A stretch of 64,000 nucleotides of DNA from Eledone cirrhosa (taxonomy: Eukaryota): positions 343,170,001 to 343,234,000 of the forward strand of contig OZ024742.1 of NCBI GenBank assembly GCA_964016885.1, written 5' to 3'. The position numbers and the translations under genes were made by a program. The notes beneath the pieces are model-generated. The model was not told the origin of the DNA, made no database searches, and worked only from the letters and a program-made list of their open reading frames with translations. Positions 39,581-54,843 of the stretch are shown here, one piece after another; the first letter of the stretch is position 1, and the number at the start of each line of letters is the position of its first letter.

Positions 39581-42500
39581 CCCCTGAAATCCACAATCAA
39601 TGGTCCACATTACAGGAGTGAATACCTTTACAATGAAGTTTTATAGTAGTGTTTGGATGGAGGTGGGGTGTATATTGCTCAGTATCATCTTTGCTGTGGT
39701 GGAGATGGATCCTGTGACACTGCTGTCCCAAGATAGTTGCTGGGAGTTCACTTTGTTTTAAACCACCTTAAACCTTTTGTCACTGTATTGCTAATGAAAT
39801 GCACTCTATTTTGATTAATTAATGAATTTTGATGGATTTACTAAAATTATTAATTACTTCATTACTAAGATAATAAGTTATATGGTTCTTATAAAATTAT
39901 ATTAGAAGATTTTAACTTAAATTGAAACTCTTTAAAATGGTGACTTTGTTTAATAAAACCAGAGCTGGTTTTGGTCAGGTTGGTAACTAAAACTTTCATG
40001 ACTGCATTTCTAATGAAGTACATTCTATTTTAATTAATTAATGAAGAATTTTTAGGGATTTACTGAAATTATTAATCATTTCAATACTAAGATAGTAACT
40101 TATATGGTTTTTATATAAAATTATGCTGGAAGATTTTAACTTAAATTGGAACACTTAAGATAAGTGATTTTGTTTCATAGAACCAGAGCCGGGTTGGTTC
40201 TGAATGGTTAAATCTAACAACCACAGCTTGTTTTTCTCTCAGGATGTTCTCTCCTAGTCTTTGTCTCATTAGACTTACCCACAGGACAGCAGGGCAGATA
40301 GGCCAGCTGTACCAGATAAGGAACTGTAGAGATAAGGAACCCTATGTCCCTTTCTTCTTGACAGATATTTTGAAAAAGACTAGCACGTTTATCACTTCCA
40401 AAATGTTCTTACAGCATGCTCTCTCTCATTATGGTAAACTTTAGCATTTATGAATCTGGTTTAGAATAGGTGCACCATATCTCAACATGTAAGAAGCGAC
40501 TAAAAAGGTTGGTGTCAGGAAGGACATCCTGCTGTAAAACATTGTCTCAAAAAGTGATGTCCAACCCATGCCAGCATGGAAATTCAATGTAAAAAATAAT
40601 TAAAAATGAACTTATTGCCTCTTCAAACTTTCTAAAATTAATCTTGTGATTGTTGTGAAGAGAAAGTTTGGCAAGACTTTGTACAGTTATATAGGAGCAG
40701 TAGAAGAATTTTCAGTTATATAATAAATAACCCTACATAATTTCAACATGTGTATGCTTGTTTATGTGGAAGTAATGACAACTAAGTGGTACAAAAATAA
40801 ACTTTCTGTATACCCATAGCTATATTGTGATACATTACATCATATTCTAATAACAGCAAATCCAATAAGCATACGTGTATTTTTCTCAAATTACAAAAGC
40901 CTCCTAGCAAGTGAATGAATAGACTGTTTTATTTTTAGTTTTATTTATTTAGTTTTGGCTGAACTTTTGCAGACACCTCAAATAGCATAAATAAAGTTTA
41001 ATTTATGGCAAAATGTAAATTAGTGTCTATGAGTGTCACTGGCCCTTGTCCAGAGGGAAATGCTTTTGCAGTTTTGTCAACAGGGTGCAGCTCCAATACC
41101 ACTGTGCCCTAGAGCTAGATCTCATCACCCTCTCCCCTTCCACTCCTTTTCTTCTGTGACCCTAGAGTCCTTGCTTTTCTCCTCCTTTTCCTCATTCATG
41201 GCATTTATGTCCTTTCCTCTACTTTCCCATCAGCCAGATTTGCCCTTCTTTAACCCTTCCCCATTTGTAATGTTATTTATACAATTGTAAATAAAAGTTC
41301 ATCAATTTATAGTTAAAAAAAAAATTAGGTATTAATATATATTACAATTGAAGGTTTATTGAAACCTTTCATTACCATATTTCTAATTAGATACATTGTA
41401 TTCTAATTAAAGAAGAATTTTGAGGGATTTATTAAAATTATTAATTATTACATTACTAAGAACATATGGTTCTTATATGGAATTGTGAAGTTGCATAGCT
41501 TTGTGGTGAGGATATTTGGTTCATCATCATAAGGTTGTAAGTTCAATTCCCAGCGGCTCACTGTGTTCTTGAGCAAGACACTTTATTTTCTGGTTGCCCC
41601 AGTCTACTCAGCTGGCAAAAATGAGTTGTATCTGTAATTCGAAGGGCCAGCCTTGTCACATTCTGTGTCACGCTGAATTTCCCTGAGAATTACGTTAAGT
41701 GTACAGATGCTTGTGGTATGCTTCGCCACATGCACATTAATTTCACAAGCAGGCTGTTCCGTTAATCGTATCAACTGGAACACTCATAGTCATAACTGAT
41801 GGACTGCTGCTGCTATATAAAATTAGGCTCAGAGATTTGAATTTAAATAGGAATCATTTGAAATCCAGCTGTGTGAGCAAGACATGGTCACCTGATCTGG
41901 CATTTCTCACAACAGAGCAACTCGTCTAACCCATGCTAGTGTGGAAAAATGGACATTAAACGGTGATGATGATGATTTTTGTTTTATAGAAGCAGAGCTG
42001 GTTTTTTGGTGGGTTGGTATCAAAAGGGTTAAGAGAATGGTATGTAATGTTAATTAGAGTCTACTAAGAGATGCAGGCATGGCTGAGTGACTGACAGTTC
42101 ACTTCAGAATTATAAGGTTTGGGGTTCAATCCCATCATGTGACATCTTGAGCAAATGTCTTTTACCATAGCCTTGGATCAACCCAAGCCTAACGAGTAAA
42201 ATTTGGTCTACAGAAATTATGTAGAAACTTCTATGATGGATTGTACTTTCTTCTTTGCCAACATATTCCTGGGAGGGTCGTGGGGTTAGTCCTCACTCAA
42301 ATACTCCTTCTAGCAGGTCCTGTCAGAAGCAACTGTCTCCAACTGATCTGGCTGGATCCCTAAGCAAGACCAGCCAAGCTCATTGATGTTATCCAACCAT
42401 CTTTCTTGAAGTCTACCCCTGGGTCTCCTGCCGGTTGGTTTTGTCTGTAAAATCTGTCCAGCAATTCTTTCCTGAGACATTCTAACCATCTGCCCATAGT

Positions 42501-44567
42501 ATCGAAGCTCTGATCTCTCAATTCAGAGAAGTAGCGGCTCTACCTGTAATTCAAAATTTCATCCTTGTCACATATTGTGTTACACTGGTTCTGAACTTGG
42601 GTTGTAGACTTATCTGTTGCCCAGTTTAACATCATCACCTAGCTCTTGGGTACCTTTAGTGGAGTCCATTTGGAGCAGATCCAAATGTGGACACCTCTCC
42701 CTCCCTCTTAGCTATCTTAGAGGCATGTGGCCAAGTGGTTAGGGTGTTGGACTCAGTATGATAAGGCTGTGGGTTTGATTCCTGGACCTGGTGATGCATT
42801 GTGTTCTTCAGCACTTCACTTCACTTGCTTTTCATGATAGAACTGGGGTCCTTTTCATTAACCCCACCTCCCTAGGAAACGTATACAATACAATCTTGTA
42901 GGGCAGCTAAACTTACATAGGTGTGAACTGTTACAACATAAGATTCAAATCCTTTTCATTAAAACACCCAGGAAAACTATAAGATGCAACATCATGGGAA
43001 GCCAACTAAACCTACATAGGGGTGAGCTGCATCAAAAACATGATAGCACTGGTGTCCCCTGTCATTAAAACACCCAAGAAATCTATGAGATGCAACCTCT
43101 CTCTTTTTCACTTTGTGGGAGGAAACAGCTGCGGTCACCTCAGGGCTGGGATGAGTTCCACCAAGTTTATATGCCCAAGATGGACCTTATGTCACAACAG
43201 TATTCTTATGACTCCATATGGGAGGCTAACTAAACATACAGGGGTACAAACTGTAAATTTCAGTTTCATTTTTCTGCAAAGGGTCACTGGTGTTGCCCTT
43301 CTTTTACTCTATTACATATTCCAGCCGACAGGCTGAGGCCATACTGTAGCACCACCATTGTTCTTAATAATGAAAATGATTGTGTACAGTGCTCAGGTGC
43401 ACTACAACTCATCAAAGGTGCATGTATAGTACATAGAATAATGTACAAATGTCAGGAAAGTGAACAGTGCATGAGTCATTATATACACTCAGACACACAC
43501 ACACACACAAGTGCGTGTGTTTGGAGGGGGAATATCAGGTATAGTGTTGGTGAATTTTGGGAAGCATGGAAGTTTTGAAGGATGCAATGTCCTGGCAGCT
43601 AACAACTGATGCAGGTAGTTTGTTTCCATGCTTTAGCAACTCTGAGCGTAAAAAAATGTTTCCGAAAGTCATGGGAACTTTAAAAAAGGGGAAGGAAATT
43701 AATTACGAGTGAGCTGAGTGAGTGTTTCACTTGTATCAGTTGTCAGTATTGCTCCAAAAGCACCACTTCACCGCTTCAATGTTTTGGTAAGTATGATAGT
43801 CCTATATGAGCGAGACACGGTCACCCAACCAACCTTGCCTCAAGTGGGACAACTCTCGTCTAAACTCATGCTAGCGTGGAAGATGGACATTAAACGAAGA
43901 TAATGATGATGATGATGGGGGTTTGGGGCTAGGGGAGGAATTTTACTAGCAATGTTTGCTGTAACATTTCTGTGTATACAGAGTGGATTCAGACAAGGAC
44001 ATGGTTATGTAGCTTGGTAGTCAGAGAAGCAGGAACTGTTGTTGTTGAAGTGGTGGTGGTGGTCTTAGTAGTAGTGGTGGTGATGTTAGTAATAGTGGTA
44101 GTGGTGTTGATGTTAGTAGTAGTGGTGGAGGTGATGGTAGTGATCTTGGTAGTGGTGGTGAATGGTGGTGACGTTAGTAATAGTGGTGGTGATGGTGGTA
44201 GTGGTGTTGATCTTAGTAGTGATGGTGATTGTGGTCATGATGATTTTAGTAGTAGTGGTGGTGATGATGGTAGTGGTGTTGGTGGTATATGTGTGTGATG
44301 TAAACTAGGACGTACATGTATTTATATACATAATACAGAATATATATATATATATATAATATGGATGATAGACATTACACAGTGATACTGATAATATCTT
44401 TATATGTATGTGTGCGTATGTATAATAGGACAGAGCTCCCTATCATTAAAACCTATCTGAGAAACTTCCTATGAAATAAAACCCCATACGAGGCCAGCTA
44501 AACCTATACAGATGTGAGTTCCATGTGTTTTTTCATTTCATATGGGTACATATATATATATATATAT

Positions 44568-45365
44568 ACTAGCCGAATTACCCTCACCGTGCTGCGTTTC
44601 ACACATTTATTTTGTAAGAAAATGATTCATTTTAAATCAGTGATATAATTTATGGAGAAAAACTGCATTTCAATATTACTCTATGTAAAATGTAATGCAT
44701 GAAAAATTGGAAAACATTATTTTTTGTATTATTTATGTAAGGGCGGTGGATTGGCAGTATCGGTAGGTCGGACGCCATGCTTTGACGCACAGAGTTACGG
44801 CCCTTTCCAATCTGAGTTCAAATCCCGCCGAGGTTAACTTATCCTTATGGGGTCAATAGAATAAAGTACCAGTAATACACTGGGTAATTGCTGGCCTTGT
44901 GCCAAAAGTAGAAACAATTATTTTTTGTTTCTTGTAAATAATTTTTTTCAAAATATCAATTCAAAACTTTTGTGAATGGGCATCATATCTTGTCATTTAC
45001 CTATGGTTTAAATTTCATATAAATTGAAGGGAAAACATTTTCATCAGGGGTTTGTGCCTCCGGGGAACCCTAATAGGGGGTTTAACCACCATTAGGGTGT
45101 CGTAATATTATTGAAATTTGCTGAAATTTTGTGAATAGGCATCATATCTTGTCATTTACCTATGGTTTAAATCTCATATAAATCGAAAGGAAAAAGTTTT
45201 CAGCGGGGGTTTTGCGACCCCGGGAACCCTTTGATTAAAATGAAATATACTTATCCAAGTACCCTGGGCAATGTAGTTTCAGAATATATATGGTTATGGG
45301 GGTCTATATCCCAAACCATAGGAGGAGTTTGTGAACAAACAAACAGACAGGAATACAACTTTATA
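44568..45365. mobile_element. Possible non-autonomous Helitron/Helentron-like element containing a SINE
   Basis: actagccgaattaccc end, internal direct duplication of about 100 bp and caaacaaacagacag..ttatatat end. Recognition only. Confidence 0.35.
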
Positions 45366-45371
45366 TATATA

Positions 45372-46010
45372 TATCATCATCATCATCATCATTTTACATC
45401 CGCTTTTCCCTGCTTGCAAGGGTGGGACGGGAACTGATTCTGGCTTGATTTCTACAGCTGGATGTCCTTCCTAACACCAACCTCATTTACAGTGAGTGCT
45501 GGGTGCTTTTTTTTCCGTGGCGTCTACACGTCCATTTTACAGTGTGGGCTGGGTGCTTTTTTGCCGTGGCACCTCCACGACCACTTTGCAGTGGAATGAT
45601 ACCAACCCCAGTCCTATCATCTCATTTCTACAGCTGAGTAAACTGGAGCAATGTGAAATAAAGTGTCTTGCTCGAGGAAACATATATATATAAAGTGGTA
45701 ATGTAGGTTTCATGACAAAAAGCACCCAGTCCACACTGTAAAGTGGTCGTGAAGGTGTCATGACAAAAAGCAGCCAGTCCACCCTGTAAAGTGGTCGTGT
45801 AGGTGTCACACAAAAGGCACCCAGTATACACAGTAAATGTGGTTAGCATTAGGAAGGGCATCCAGCTGTAGAAATCAAGCCAGAAACAGTTCTGTATGAG
45901 CAAGACATGGTCATCCAACCTGGCTTGTCTCACAACGGGACAACTCATTTAAAACATGCCAGAGTGGAAAATGGACGTTAAACAGTGATGATGATGATGA
46001 GGATGATGAT
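45372..46010. mobile_element. Two back-to-back SINEs with RTE-type (GAT)n tails (45372-45680 -, 45695-46010 +)
   Basis: Share the aagcacccagtccacactgtaaagtgg..ggaagggcatccagctgtagaaa module. The minus copy is nearly identical to 48790-49178. Confidence 0.75.
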
Positions 46011-46612
46011 GTGTGTGTCTGTCTGTGTGTTGTAAACTAGATTAAACTAGAATGTATGTATATATGTATGTGTTTGTGAGTGTAGCAGCTGCTGCAACAC
46101 AGTTCCACATATATAAACACTGTTGTAATATAGGCCAGGCTTGTGAACAGTAAAATTAGCAGAGTTGTTTGAACATCAGATAAAATGACTTGTAGTAGCT
46201 TGTACTACCTCTGATTTCAGTTGCTATCCTGCCAAAGTAAACTTTACTTTTCAATTTTTTTGAGGTTGATAAAGTACCAGTCAAATACGGCGATTAAAAT
46301 GAAATTTACAGTTAACATCTAATGTAGGTTTAGTTGGCCTCCTTCAAGGTATATTGTATAGGATAGGCGGTTTTTAGGGTGTTTTAACCATAGGGGCCCC
46401 AGTCCTGTCATAAAACAATGTAAAATGGAATAGCTTGTTCAACAATTGAACCTATGACCTTATGATCATGAGTCCAACACCCTAACCACTAGGCCACACA
46501 CTTTTATTATCTACTTTCTCTTTCTCATTGTGAGAGAAAATAGCTGTGGTCATCCAAGTACTGGGATAGTTCCATCGGGTTTATATGTCTAAGATGGAGT
46601 GAGTACTTAAGG

Positions 46613-47122
46613 CAGTGTCTCAATCTTTTTGCCCTTGTGGAACACTTGAAATAATGTTCATGTCTCAGGGAACCCCTACATAAAAATGATTATATACCAT
46701 TATTACAGGCAATGACCTAGTTTTATATAATGTGAGAAGTTGAAACCTTTATTATAATTGTTTCTTCTTTTGGCACAAGGCCAGCAATTACCCCAGTGCA
46801 TTATTGGTACTTTATTTTATTGACCCCCGTAAGGATAAAAGGCAAAGTTAACCTCGGCGGGATTTGAACCCAGACCATAAAGTGCCGTAACTCTATGCTG
46901 CAAAGCATGGCGTCTGACCCTCTACCAATACTGCCAATCCACCGCCTTTATTATAATAACCAAGGATTTTCCAACGATATGTTGTGTGTGTGTCTAGTGA
47001 AATTACAAACATACAGTTAAATAAAAATTATTCAAAAATGCATTAGATTATTTATCAGTGTTTCTCACGAAACCCTTTTGAGAAACCCTAGGGTTCTAGG
47101 GGACACCAGTTGAGAAATGCTA
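46613..47122. mobile_element. hAT-like MITE with an inserted SINE
   Basis: cagtgtctcaatc...gttgagaaatgctag termini. Confidence 0.45.
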
Positions 47123-48164
47123 GTCTAAGATATATCTTGCAGTATTTGTTTTAACTCTTTGCTCTCCGAGTTCAAATCCCTTCGTGGTCAACTTTGCCTG
47201 TCAGTCTTTTGGAGTTGATAAACAAATTACCAGTCCATGTTGGAAGATTGGTGGAATTGTCAGATATAATGGTGGTGCCCCAGTATGGCCTCAGCCTCTC
47301 GGCTGGAATATGTAATAGAGTAATACCTGGCAATATCTGTTCAGGTTTTTTGTGTTCTTGTTGCAACATATTTGATGACACTGGTTGTCAAACTGTATTG
47401 GTCTTTGCCTTTTCCTTGGACAACATTGGTGACATAGAGCAAAGATTGCTTACTTGGGTGACCATACTAAAAAATAAGGGATAGCATCAGGAAGTATAAT
47501 CTGGTTATAGAATAAATGCTGCTATAAATTGCCCTATAACCCATACTAGCATAGAAAACTAGATAAAAGTGATGATGACCTAATATATCTTAATGTTATT
47601 TGAAGGAGATTTGGCAGCTATTTCTAGCACCTCAAAGGCTCACATAGATGTTCACTCACTGCCTCTTAATGTTTTTCATTGAATGTAGAAATGTTGTTGT
47701 TTCACCCTAATTCAGCCTTGATTGAGTAGACATATGATCAAAGGCATTCCAGCCACGACCATCTCATCTTTGTATATATATATATATAGTGTATTCAATA
47801 CATTATTCAATACGTCCTTTTGTTTCATTTATTGAAGGTTAGTAGTATGTTATGTGATTTAGGTTTAGCTGCTATTTCTAGCAGGTTGATCAAGTGACCA
47901 TATATAGGATGTGTTACTGGGTCAATGTTGTGGTTTGTTTATATTATGTTTTAGACCATTTATTCTAGCTTGTAACACACACACACATACATTGACAAAT
48001 ACATTCATACACAAACACACACACACACACAAACACACATTCATACACAAACGCCCATACATAGACACACATACACAAACAGGCACATACATACATAAAC
48101 ACACAGACATATACATACACAAACACATAATGTCATTATTTGTATTGATTTCTTTAGTATACAT

Positions 48165-48205
<41 letters not shown>

Positions 48206-48609
48206 AGAAAATATGTTGTTAGTTCATGCCTGATTATGTAATTATATCAAAGTTTGTCTCGTTTTTTGGAGTAAATTACTTCCATTAGTCAATCATCATC
48301 ATCATTGTTACAGCTACTCTTCCAAACTGGCATGGGTTGGACAGGACTGTCCCCTCTCACAAAACATATCACCACATGCTGTGATCCTTTGTCATCATCT
48401 TCACATGAGGTTCAGTGTCTTGTTTGAGATCAATCAAACTTCACTACTTCTTCCTGTCTTTCTTGATCTTCCTTTTTCTCTCCCACTTTGATCTTGTGAC
48501 ATTTCTTCACACAACTGTTAGCCTTCATATACATTACATGTCTGTACCAGCTCACTCTTCTCTCCTGCACACTACATCGGATTCTCCTCATACCCAGTTT
48601 TTCTCTTAA

Positions 48610-49201
48610 CCCTTTAGCATTTAAACTGGCCATATCGAGCCAGAATTCTCTCACCTTTTTCTGTTCAAACCGGCCATAACTGGCCACTCATATTAAGGTA
48701 TTGTTCTCAAAATAGATAATATATAATCTCATAGATTCGATATTATATGAGATAAAGTCTTTACTATGAAAATACAATAGTATATATATGGAGGCACATG
48801 GCTTAGTGGTTAGAGCATTGGGCTTGCAATCGAAAGGTTGTGAGTTCAATTCTCAGACCGGGTGATGTGTTGTTTCCTTGAGCAAGATACTTCATTTCAC
48901 ATTGCTCCAGTTTACTCAGCTGTAGAAATGAGATGATAGGGACTGGGGTCCATATCATTCCACTGCAAAGTGGTCGTGGAGGCTCCACGGCAAAAAAAGC
49001 ACCCAGCCTACACTGTAAAGTGGACGTGTAGACACCACGGAAAAAAACCACCCAGCACTCACTGTAAATGAGGTTGGTGTTAGGAAGGGCATCCAGCTGT
49101 AGAAATCAAGCCAGAATCAGTTCCCGTCCCACCCTTGCAAGCAGGGAAAAGCGGACGAAAAATGATGATGATGATGATAGGGCAATATAAATGCTAATGG
49201 G
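48610..49201. mobile_element. piggyBac-like MITE with an inserted SINE (48790-49178)
   Basis: TTAA-CCCTTTAGCATTT ... AAATGCTAATGGG-TTAA. Confidence 0.7.
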
Positions 49202-49578
49202 TTAACTCATTTGTGCTCTGTTGGTCCATAATACATCTAGCAGAACATGTTCACTTTATTTATTTCTAACCTTTGCACATCCTCTGCATTCAATGTTTCA
49301 GTCTTGCAATCCTACAATATCATATTTCAACACACAGGAGTTATATAATCTATTTCTTTGCTCAGAGAGAGAAACCTTTTGTTTTCAGGAGTTCCCGCAA
49401 CTTTTGCTATACCATCCTAACCACCTTGGTAAAAGTAGCTGCTAAGTTCTTCAAATGCAAGATTGCATCTCTGTTGCTCTCGGGTCCCAGTTAATATTCA
49501 AACCGCTGTATGTCAATAAGGAGCCCATACAACTCCCTCAGGAGTTACAAGTCCATACATAGATAGATACTATAAACA

Positions 49579-50008
49579 CGGAGGTGGGGAACTTTTTCAT
49601 GTTGAAAGGCAGCATTTAGTTTCTTGTAATATGATAAGGCCTCATTCAATAAACTATAATTATAAAAATCTACATTATTTTGTAAAAATCTAATTATGAA
49701 CTAATTATCTAAAAAATGGAAAAAATTAAATTTAAAGCTAACAACCTTTGACTTTGTTGTAACTGCTTGTTGTAGGGAAGCATTTTGATATTGGCCCTTC
49801 TGATCTAGTAATTTTAAAATTCTGGCTCTCTGTGTCAGCGAGGATTATTTTGTTGAGGTTTTTTTTTTACTATTTGCTATTTAAAATACATTCGTCTTAC
49901 GGTTTAAATTGAAATAATAAGAGATAAACAAAAACTTATTAATAAAAAAAAAAAATGTTTATTCTTTCAAAAGGCCACACACAATGACATAGAAGTTCCC
50001 CATTTCTG
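49579..50008. mobile_element. TIR MITE (hAT-like termini)
   Basis: cggaggtggggaact...agttccccatttctg, flanked by direct repeat ctataaaca. Confidence 0.65.
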
Positions 50009-50576
50009 CTATAAACATTTGAATTAATAAGGTGACCTTTAGATATTTTCTATAAAATCATTACTGGATGTTAAGAGTTAATACATTCATTTTTCATATT
50101 TCATTTGAATTCTGCTTTACTGAAAGAATTTGAAAGAAAAAAAACGAGATGGTGAACATAGCAGCAGAGAGGAAGGATGGGGAGGAAATTAGATGCCTAA
50201 AGACTGTAGCATAGTGGTCATTGGTCTGTTGCTTTGCCGCACACACTCTTTATGACTAGCATTCTCTCCCCCTTAACTAAACACTGTGGCTTAAAATGAG
50301 TACTCTCGAGTGTCTCAAACAATCCCCACCCCCTCTCCATTCTGCCCGTTTATTAATTTTTGCTAATCTATCTCTGCTGATAAATAAGGTACCAGTCCAA
50401 GAGTGGTAGATTGGCAGATTTGTTAAAAAGTTTGATGAGAATCCCTGACCTGGTTCTTTGTATTCACCATCTCCTTCTGCCAGGAGTTGTAACCACCAAA
50501 TAGTAAGCAGCAATGGAAAGACCAATGGAAGCAATGTTTCCTTGGTCTGGTCTGATGATTAGCTTTTTATTTCTTT

Positions 50577-50814
50577 TAACCCTTTTGTTACCAATCTGAC
50601 CAAAACCAGCTCTGGTTCTATGAAATAAAGTCGCCCATTTTAAAGGTTTCCAATTTAAATTAAAATCTTCCAATATAATTTTATATAAGAATCTAACATT
50701 AAGCTACTCTCTTAGAAATGAAATAATTAATAATTTTAGTAAATCCCTCAAAATTTTTAATTAATTAATTAAAATAGAATGTATTTCATTAGAAATACGG
50801 TCATGAAAGGATTA
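50577..50814. mobile_element. piggyBac-like MITE (related copies about 39766-40200, 41360-42030, 54275-54507)
   Basis: TTAA-CCCTTT...AAAGGA-TTAA; the AT-rich interior is shared between copies. Confidence 0.6.
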
Positions 50815-51391
50815 AAGAAAATATGTTATTTTATTGGTTTTAGTCATTTGATTGCAGCCTGACTGAATCACTAACCTCACAGATTTAGTCATCATATTGA
50901 CCAGAGTACTTATTTTCTTTTTAAGTCTAGTACTTATTTCATCACTCTGTACTTATCAAATTAGTCAATTACAAGACATAATCAAACAACAAGGGTTGTT
51001 AAGTTGTATAGATGCAAATAAAGACATGGACAGACACACACACAGATATATATGCCAGGCTCCTGCACTCTTTTTATTTATCAAATTAGATTCACAAGGT
51101 ATTGGTCAACTTAGTACTCCATACTTTAAATGAAATAGTGTAGTATCAAATAATATATATCATCATCATCAACATCATCACTGTTTAACATGGCTTACAT
51201 GGGTTGTTACATTTTGAGGATAGACCAGACTTACTCATACATTCCGTTTTTAGCTTGGTTTCTATGTCTGAATGCCCTTCATAATGCCATCCACTTTACA
51301 ACATGTACTGGGAGCATTTTATTCTGACTCAAGCACTACCACATAACAGGGTGGAGTGAGTTCTTTTTTTGTCTATATGTGTATATATATA

Positions 51392-51444
<53 letters not shown>

Positions 51445-51448
<4 letters not shown>

Positions 51449-52195
51449 GCAGACTAGAGAGGAACGAAGCTTGTATGCTCCGCTGGATGTGTAACAGTAA
51501 TATACGTGAACGGCAAAGCATAAACGAACTAAGGAAAAAATTAGAAATAAGAGGGATCAGATGTTGTTTACTCGAGAGAAGGCTAGGTTGGTATGGACAC
51601 GTGATGCGCATGAAAGTCGATAGCTGTATAACAAAGTGCAGGGCAATAAAGATAGACGGTAGCCACGGAATAGGCAGACCTAGAAAAACCTGGGATGAGC
51701 TGATAAACTCCGACCTCACACACTTACACCTCTCCAAGACAATGTCACTGGACCGAGACCTTTGGCGGTACTCAGTAACAGAGAAGACCCGCCTTACCTA
51801 AATACATAGTAAAACCTACTACAGCCAGTAGGCATCTCTAACAAAATACCCCCCCCCCCCGTCCCACCACCCCCACCCCATCCACGCCACCCCGTTCTAT
51901 GTAAAGTTGTGTTGGTGCCACACCATCCAGGCCGAAACAAATGAGATCGTGTAGGTGTCACGACAAAAAAACACACAGTCCACGCTGTAATGTGGCCGTG
52001 TAGGCAACACGGTAAAAACCTCCCAGACCCACACTGTAAATGTGGTTGGTGTTAGGAAGGGCATCCAACTGTAGAAAACCTGCCAGACAGTCCTATGCGA
52101 GCAAGACAATCACTCTTGCCTCAAGTGGGACTACCCCCGTCCAAACCCATGCAAGCGTGGAACACGGACGTTAAACGTTGATGATGATGATGATA
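51445..52195 (+). mobile_element. 5'-truncated RTE copy (second family) with long 3'UTR
   Basis: [22 protein letters not shown]; near-identical to the 3' ends of 55195-56950 and 57620-60872. Confidence 0.9.
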
Positions 52196-52241
52196 ATAGA
52201 AAACGAGGAATCAGTGATGCATCAAAACACAATTTATTAAG

Positions 52242-52329
52242 ATATTACATATGTTTCTCCGACGATCAGCTCAAGGCAGGATCTGTTACAGATCGAACCT
52301 GACTCTGCATTTGCAAGTTCCTCAGATAT
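52242..52329 (-). ncRNA. Hammerhead-like motif with long irregular stem II
   Basis: atat-CTGAGGA-(about 60 nt)-GAAA-catatg-TA^atat; palindromic stem III ACATATGT. Confidence 0.5.
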
Positions 52330-53729
52330 GTTTTGCACTTTCAAAGCATTTCATCCGAATAAAGCCATTCCATCCGTTCCATTGTCGGAGAAACATGTAA
52401 TCTATATATCTAAAACAGAGAATGTCTGTCTGTCTGACTCCCTAAACTCGAGAACCACCCAGCCGATTGTTTCCAAACTTTACACATGTAATCCTTATGG
52501 TCTTGTGAGTGTTTCGAGCAAAAAAAATGTTCAATGCCCTAGGGACCGCATTAGGCGATTTAGCGATCTCTCTCTATAATTCTTAGTCTTTCTCTTTTTA
52601 GATAGATACATAGCTATAACGTTGCACCCTTATAATATCTGTCTGGCTGTCAGCATTATGACATTATGACGTTATATGTGTGTGTGTGTATATATATGTA
52701 TATATAGTGTGTATATATATATATAGTGTGTAATGTTTTTCGAAATATTTACTTCTGCGTTCACAGATTGATTTTTTTAGTTTCAGAAGATCCCGTTAAG
52801 GGTGAAAGCAGTGATTCTTTGCTTAAACTTTAATCTGTTATTTTAATATATATATATAATTATATATTCGTGTACAGATATTTTTGCATACACAATAACA
52901 AAATATAAACAAACGTATTTATTTCACGAGGCTCGAGAAGGATAAATATATATCAAATATATAAGAACCCTGGAGCAAATCCTGAGCAACGCATTAGGCG
53001 AAAAACCGCATATTTTAGGCTTTAAAGGCTTTTTTGAGGCATAACGGAACAATAATCCAGGCGATTTCTTCAAAATTTGCATTACTTACGTCGTTTAAAG
53101 TGTTTTGAGCAAAAAAGAATTTTCTAATTTTTTGCGCCAGGGACCGCAATTGGTTGCGTTAGGGCCTGTAACTAGGAGGGACAGGCCAGATATACACATC
53201 CACTTTCTATGCAGGGAGGGGTTGGACAGGTCATCATAGTGTGTGGTTGCAGAGGTTTGGGGACATATCTTGCTTATGGGGTCCATATTATGTGCTGGGT
53301 GAATTTTATCATGGCACCAGCAATGTGTGCTTGTATGTGTGAATGTGTGTTTGTGTGTGTGTGTCAGAGAAAGGAGGAGGAGTGCCATTGATGTTTGGAG
53401 CCCTTCCATATCAGTGATGGATCCTGCTCCAGTTTAACCTCTTCAGTGCTGTAGACGAGATAACTCATCCTAACATGTTTGAACTCTTTTCTAACAGTTC
53501 ACAACTTCAAAGCTGGATGAGGTTACTAGTTTATTGGTGTGAGATGTTGTTAATAAATGTTTGTTTAAAGAAATAGTCATTTTACTGAAACAATTGCCCA
53601 GCACAGCAACTATAGCTGTGTAAAATATACACAGCAGTCAACAGGTTAATGAAGAGCATGCAGTTATTCAAACAGCTAAACTATCTACTTGTTAAATTAA
53701 TGTGTAAGTGTGGCTGAGTATTCCATAGA

Positions 53730-54140
53730 CACATCATCATTATCATTGTCATCGTTTAACGTCTATTTTCCACGTTATCATAGATTAGATGAGTTGTCCC
53801 GTTTGAGGCAAGTCAGGTCAGGTAACCGTGTCTTAGTCATAAAGAACTGTTTCTAGTTTGGTTTCTATGGTTGGATGACCTTTCTAATGCCAACCACTTT
53901 ACACTGTGTGCTGGGTGTTTTTGTCGTGACTTACAGTGTGGACTGGGTGCTTTTTGTCATGACACCTACATGACCACTTTACAATGTGGAGTGGGTGCTT
54001 TTTGTTGTGACACCTACATGACCACTTTAAAGGGTGGACTAGGTGCTTTTTGGTGTAATACCTACATGACCACTTTACAGTGTGGGCTGGGTGCTTTTTA
54101 TCGTGACAACTACACAACCACTTTACAGTGTGTACTGTGT
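53730..54140 (-). mobile_element. SINE with internally amplified 48-bp unit
   Basis: ccacttt recurs at 53974, 54022, 54070 and 54118; RTE-type tail. Confidence 0.75.
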
Positions 54141-54843
54141 AGGTGTGGCTGAGTATTCCATGGACACATATAACCTTAACATGATTGACAGGTAGTGACA
54201 AGGAAGGACCCTTGAATTACAGATACAATCCATATAGTGTAAGTGGCTGAGTATTCCAAAGACACATGTACCATTTACTCTTTCATGACCGCATTTCTAA
54301 TGATATATACTCTCTATTTTAATTAATGAAGAATTTTGAGGGATTTATTGAAATTATTATTTTATTACCAAGATAATAAATCAATGTTAGGTTCTTATAT
54401 AAAATTATATTGGAAGATTTTAATTGAAATTGGAAACCTTTAAAACAGATGGTTTTAAATCATGAGACCAGCAATGGTTTTGGCAGGATTGGTAACTAAA
54501 GGGTTAACGTAATTTATAGCCAGAATCAGCAGGACAAAATATATGACAAGGATGGGCCCTTGAATTAGGGGTGCAATACATCAAAAACGGTTGCTTCCGC
54601 ACATTTTCCATCTCCTTAATTACACTCACAAAGGTTGGACCAGCATGAGGTTGTGGTAAAAAAAAATTTGATGACGATACCATGCAGGGAAACCACATTG
54701 CATTCTTGAGCAAGGCACTTCATTTCAGGAAGCTTTTTAACGAGATGCACTTCATAGAAGGCTTGCTAAACCTTCATAGGTGTCGGCTGTAAACTTCATT
54801 TGATTTGTTCTTCACCAGGGAAAACAGATGTAAAAATGATATA

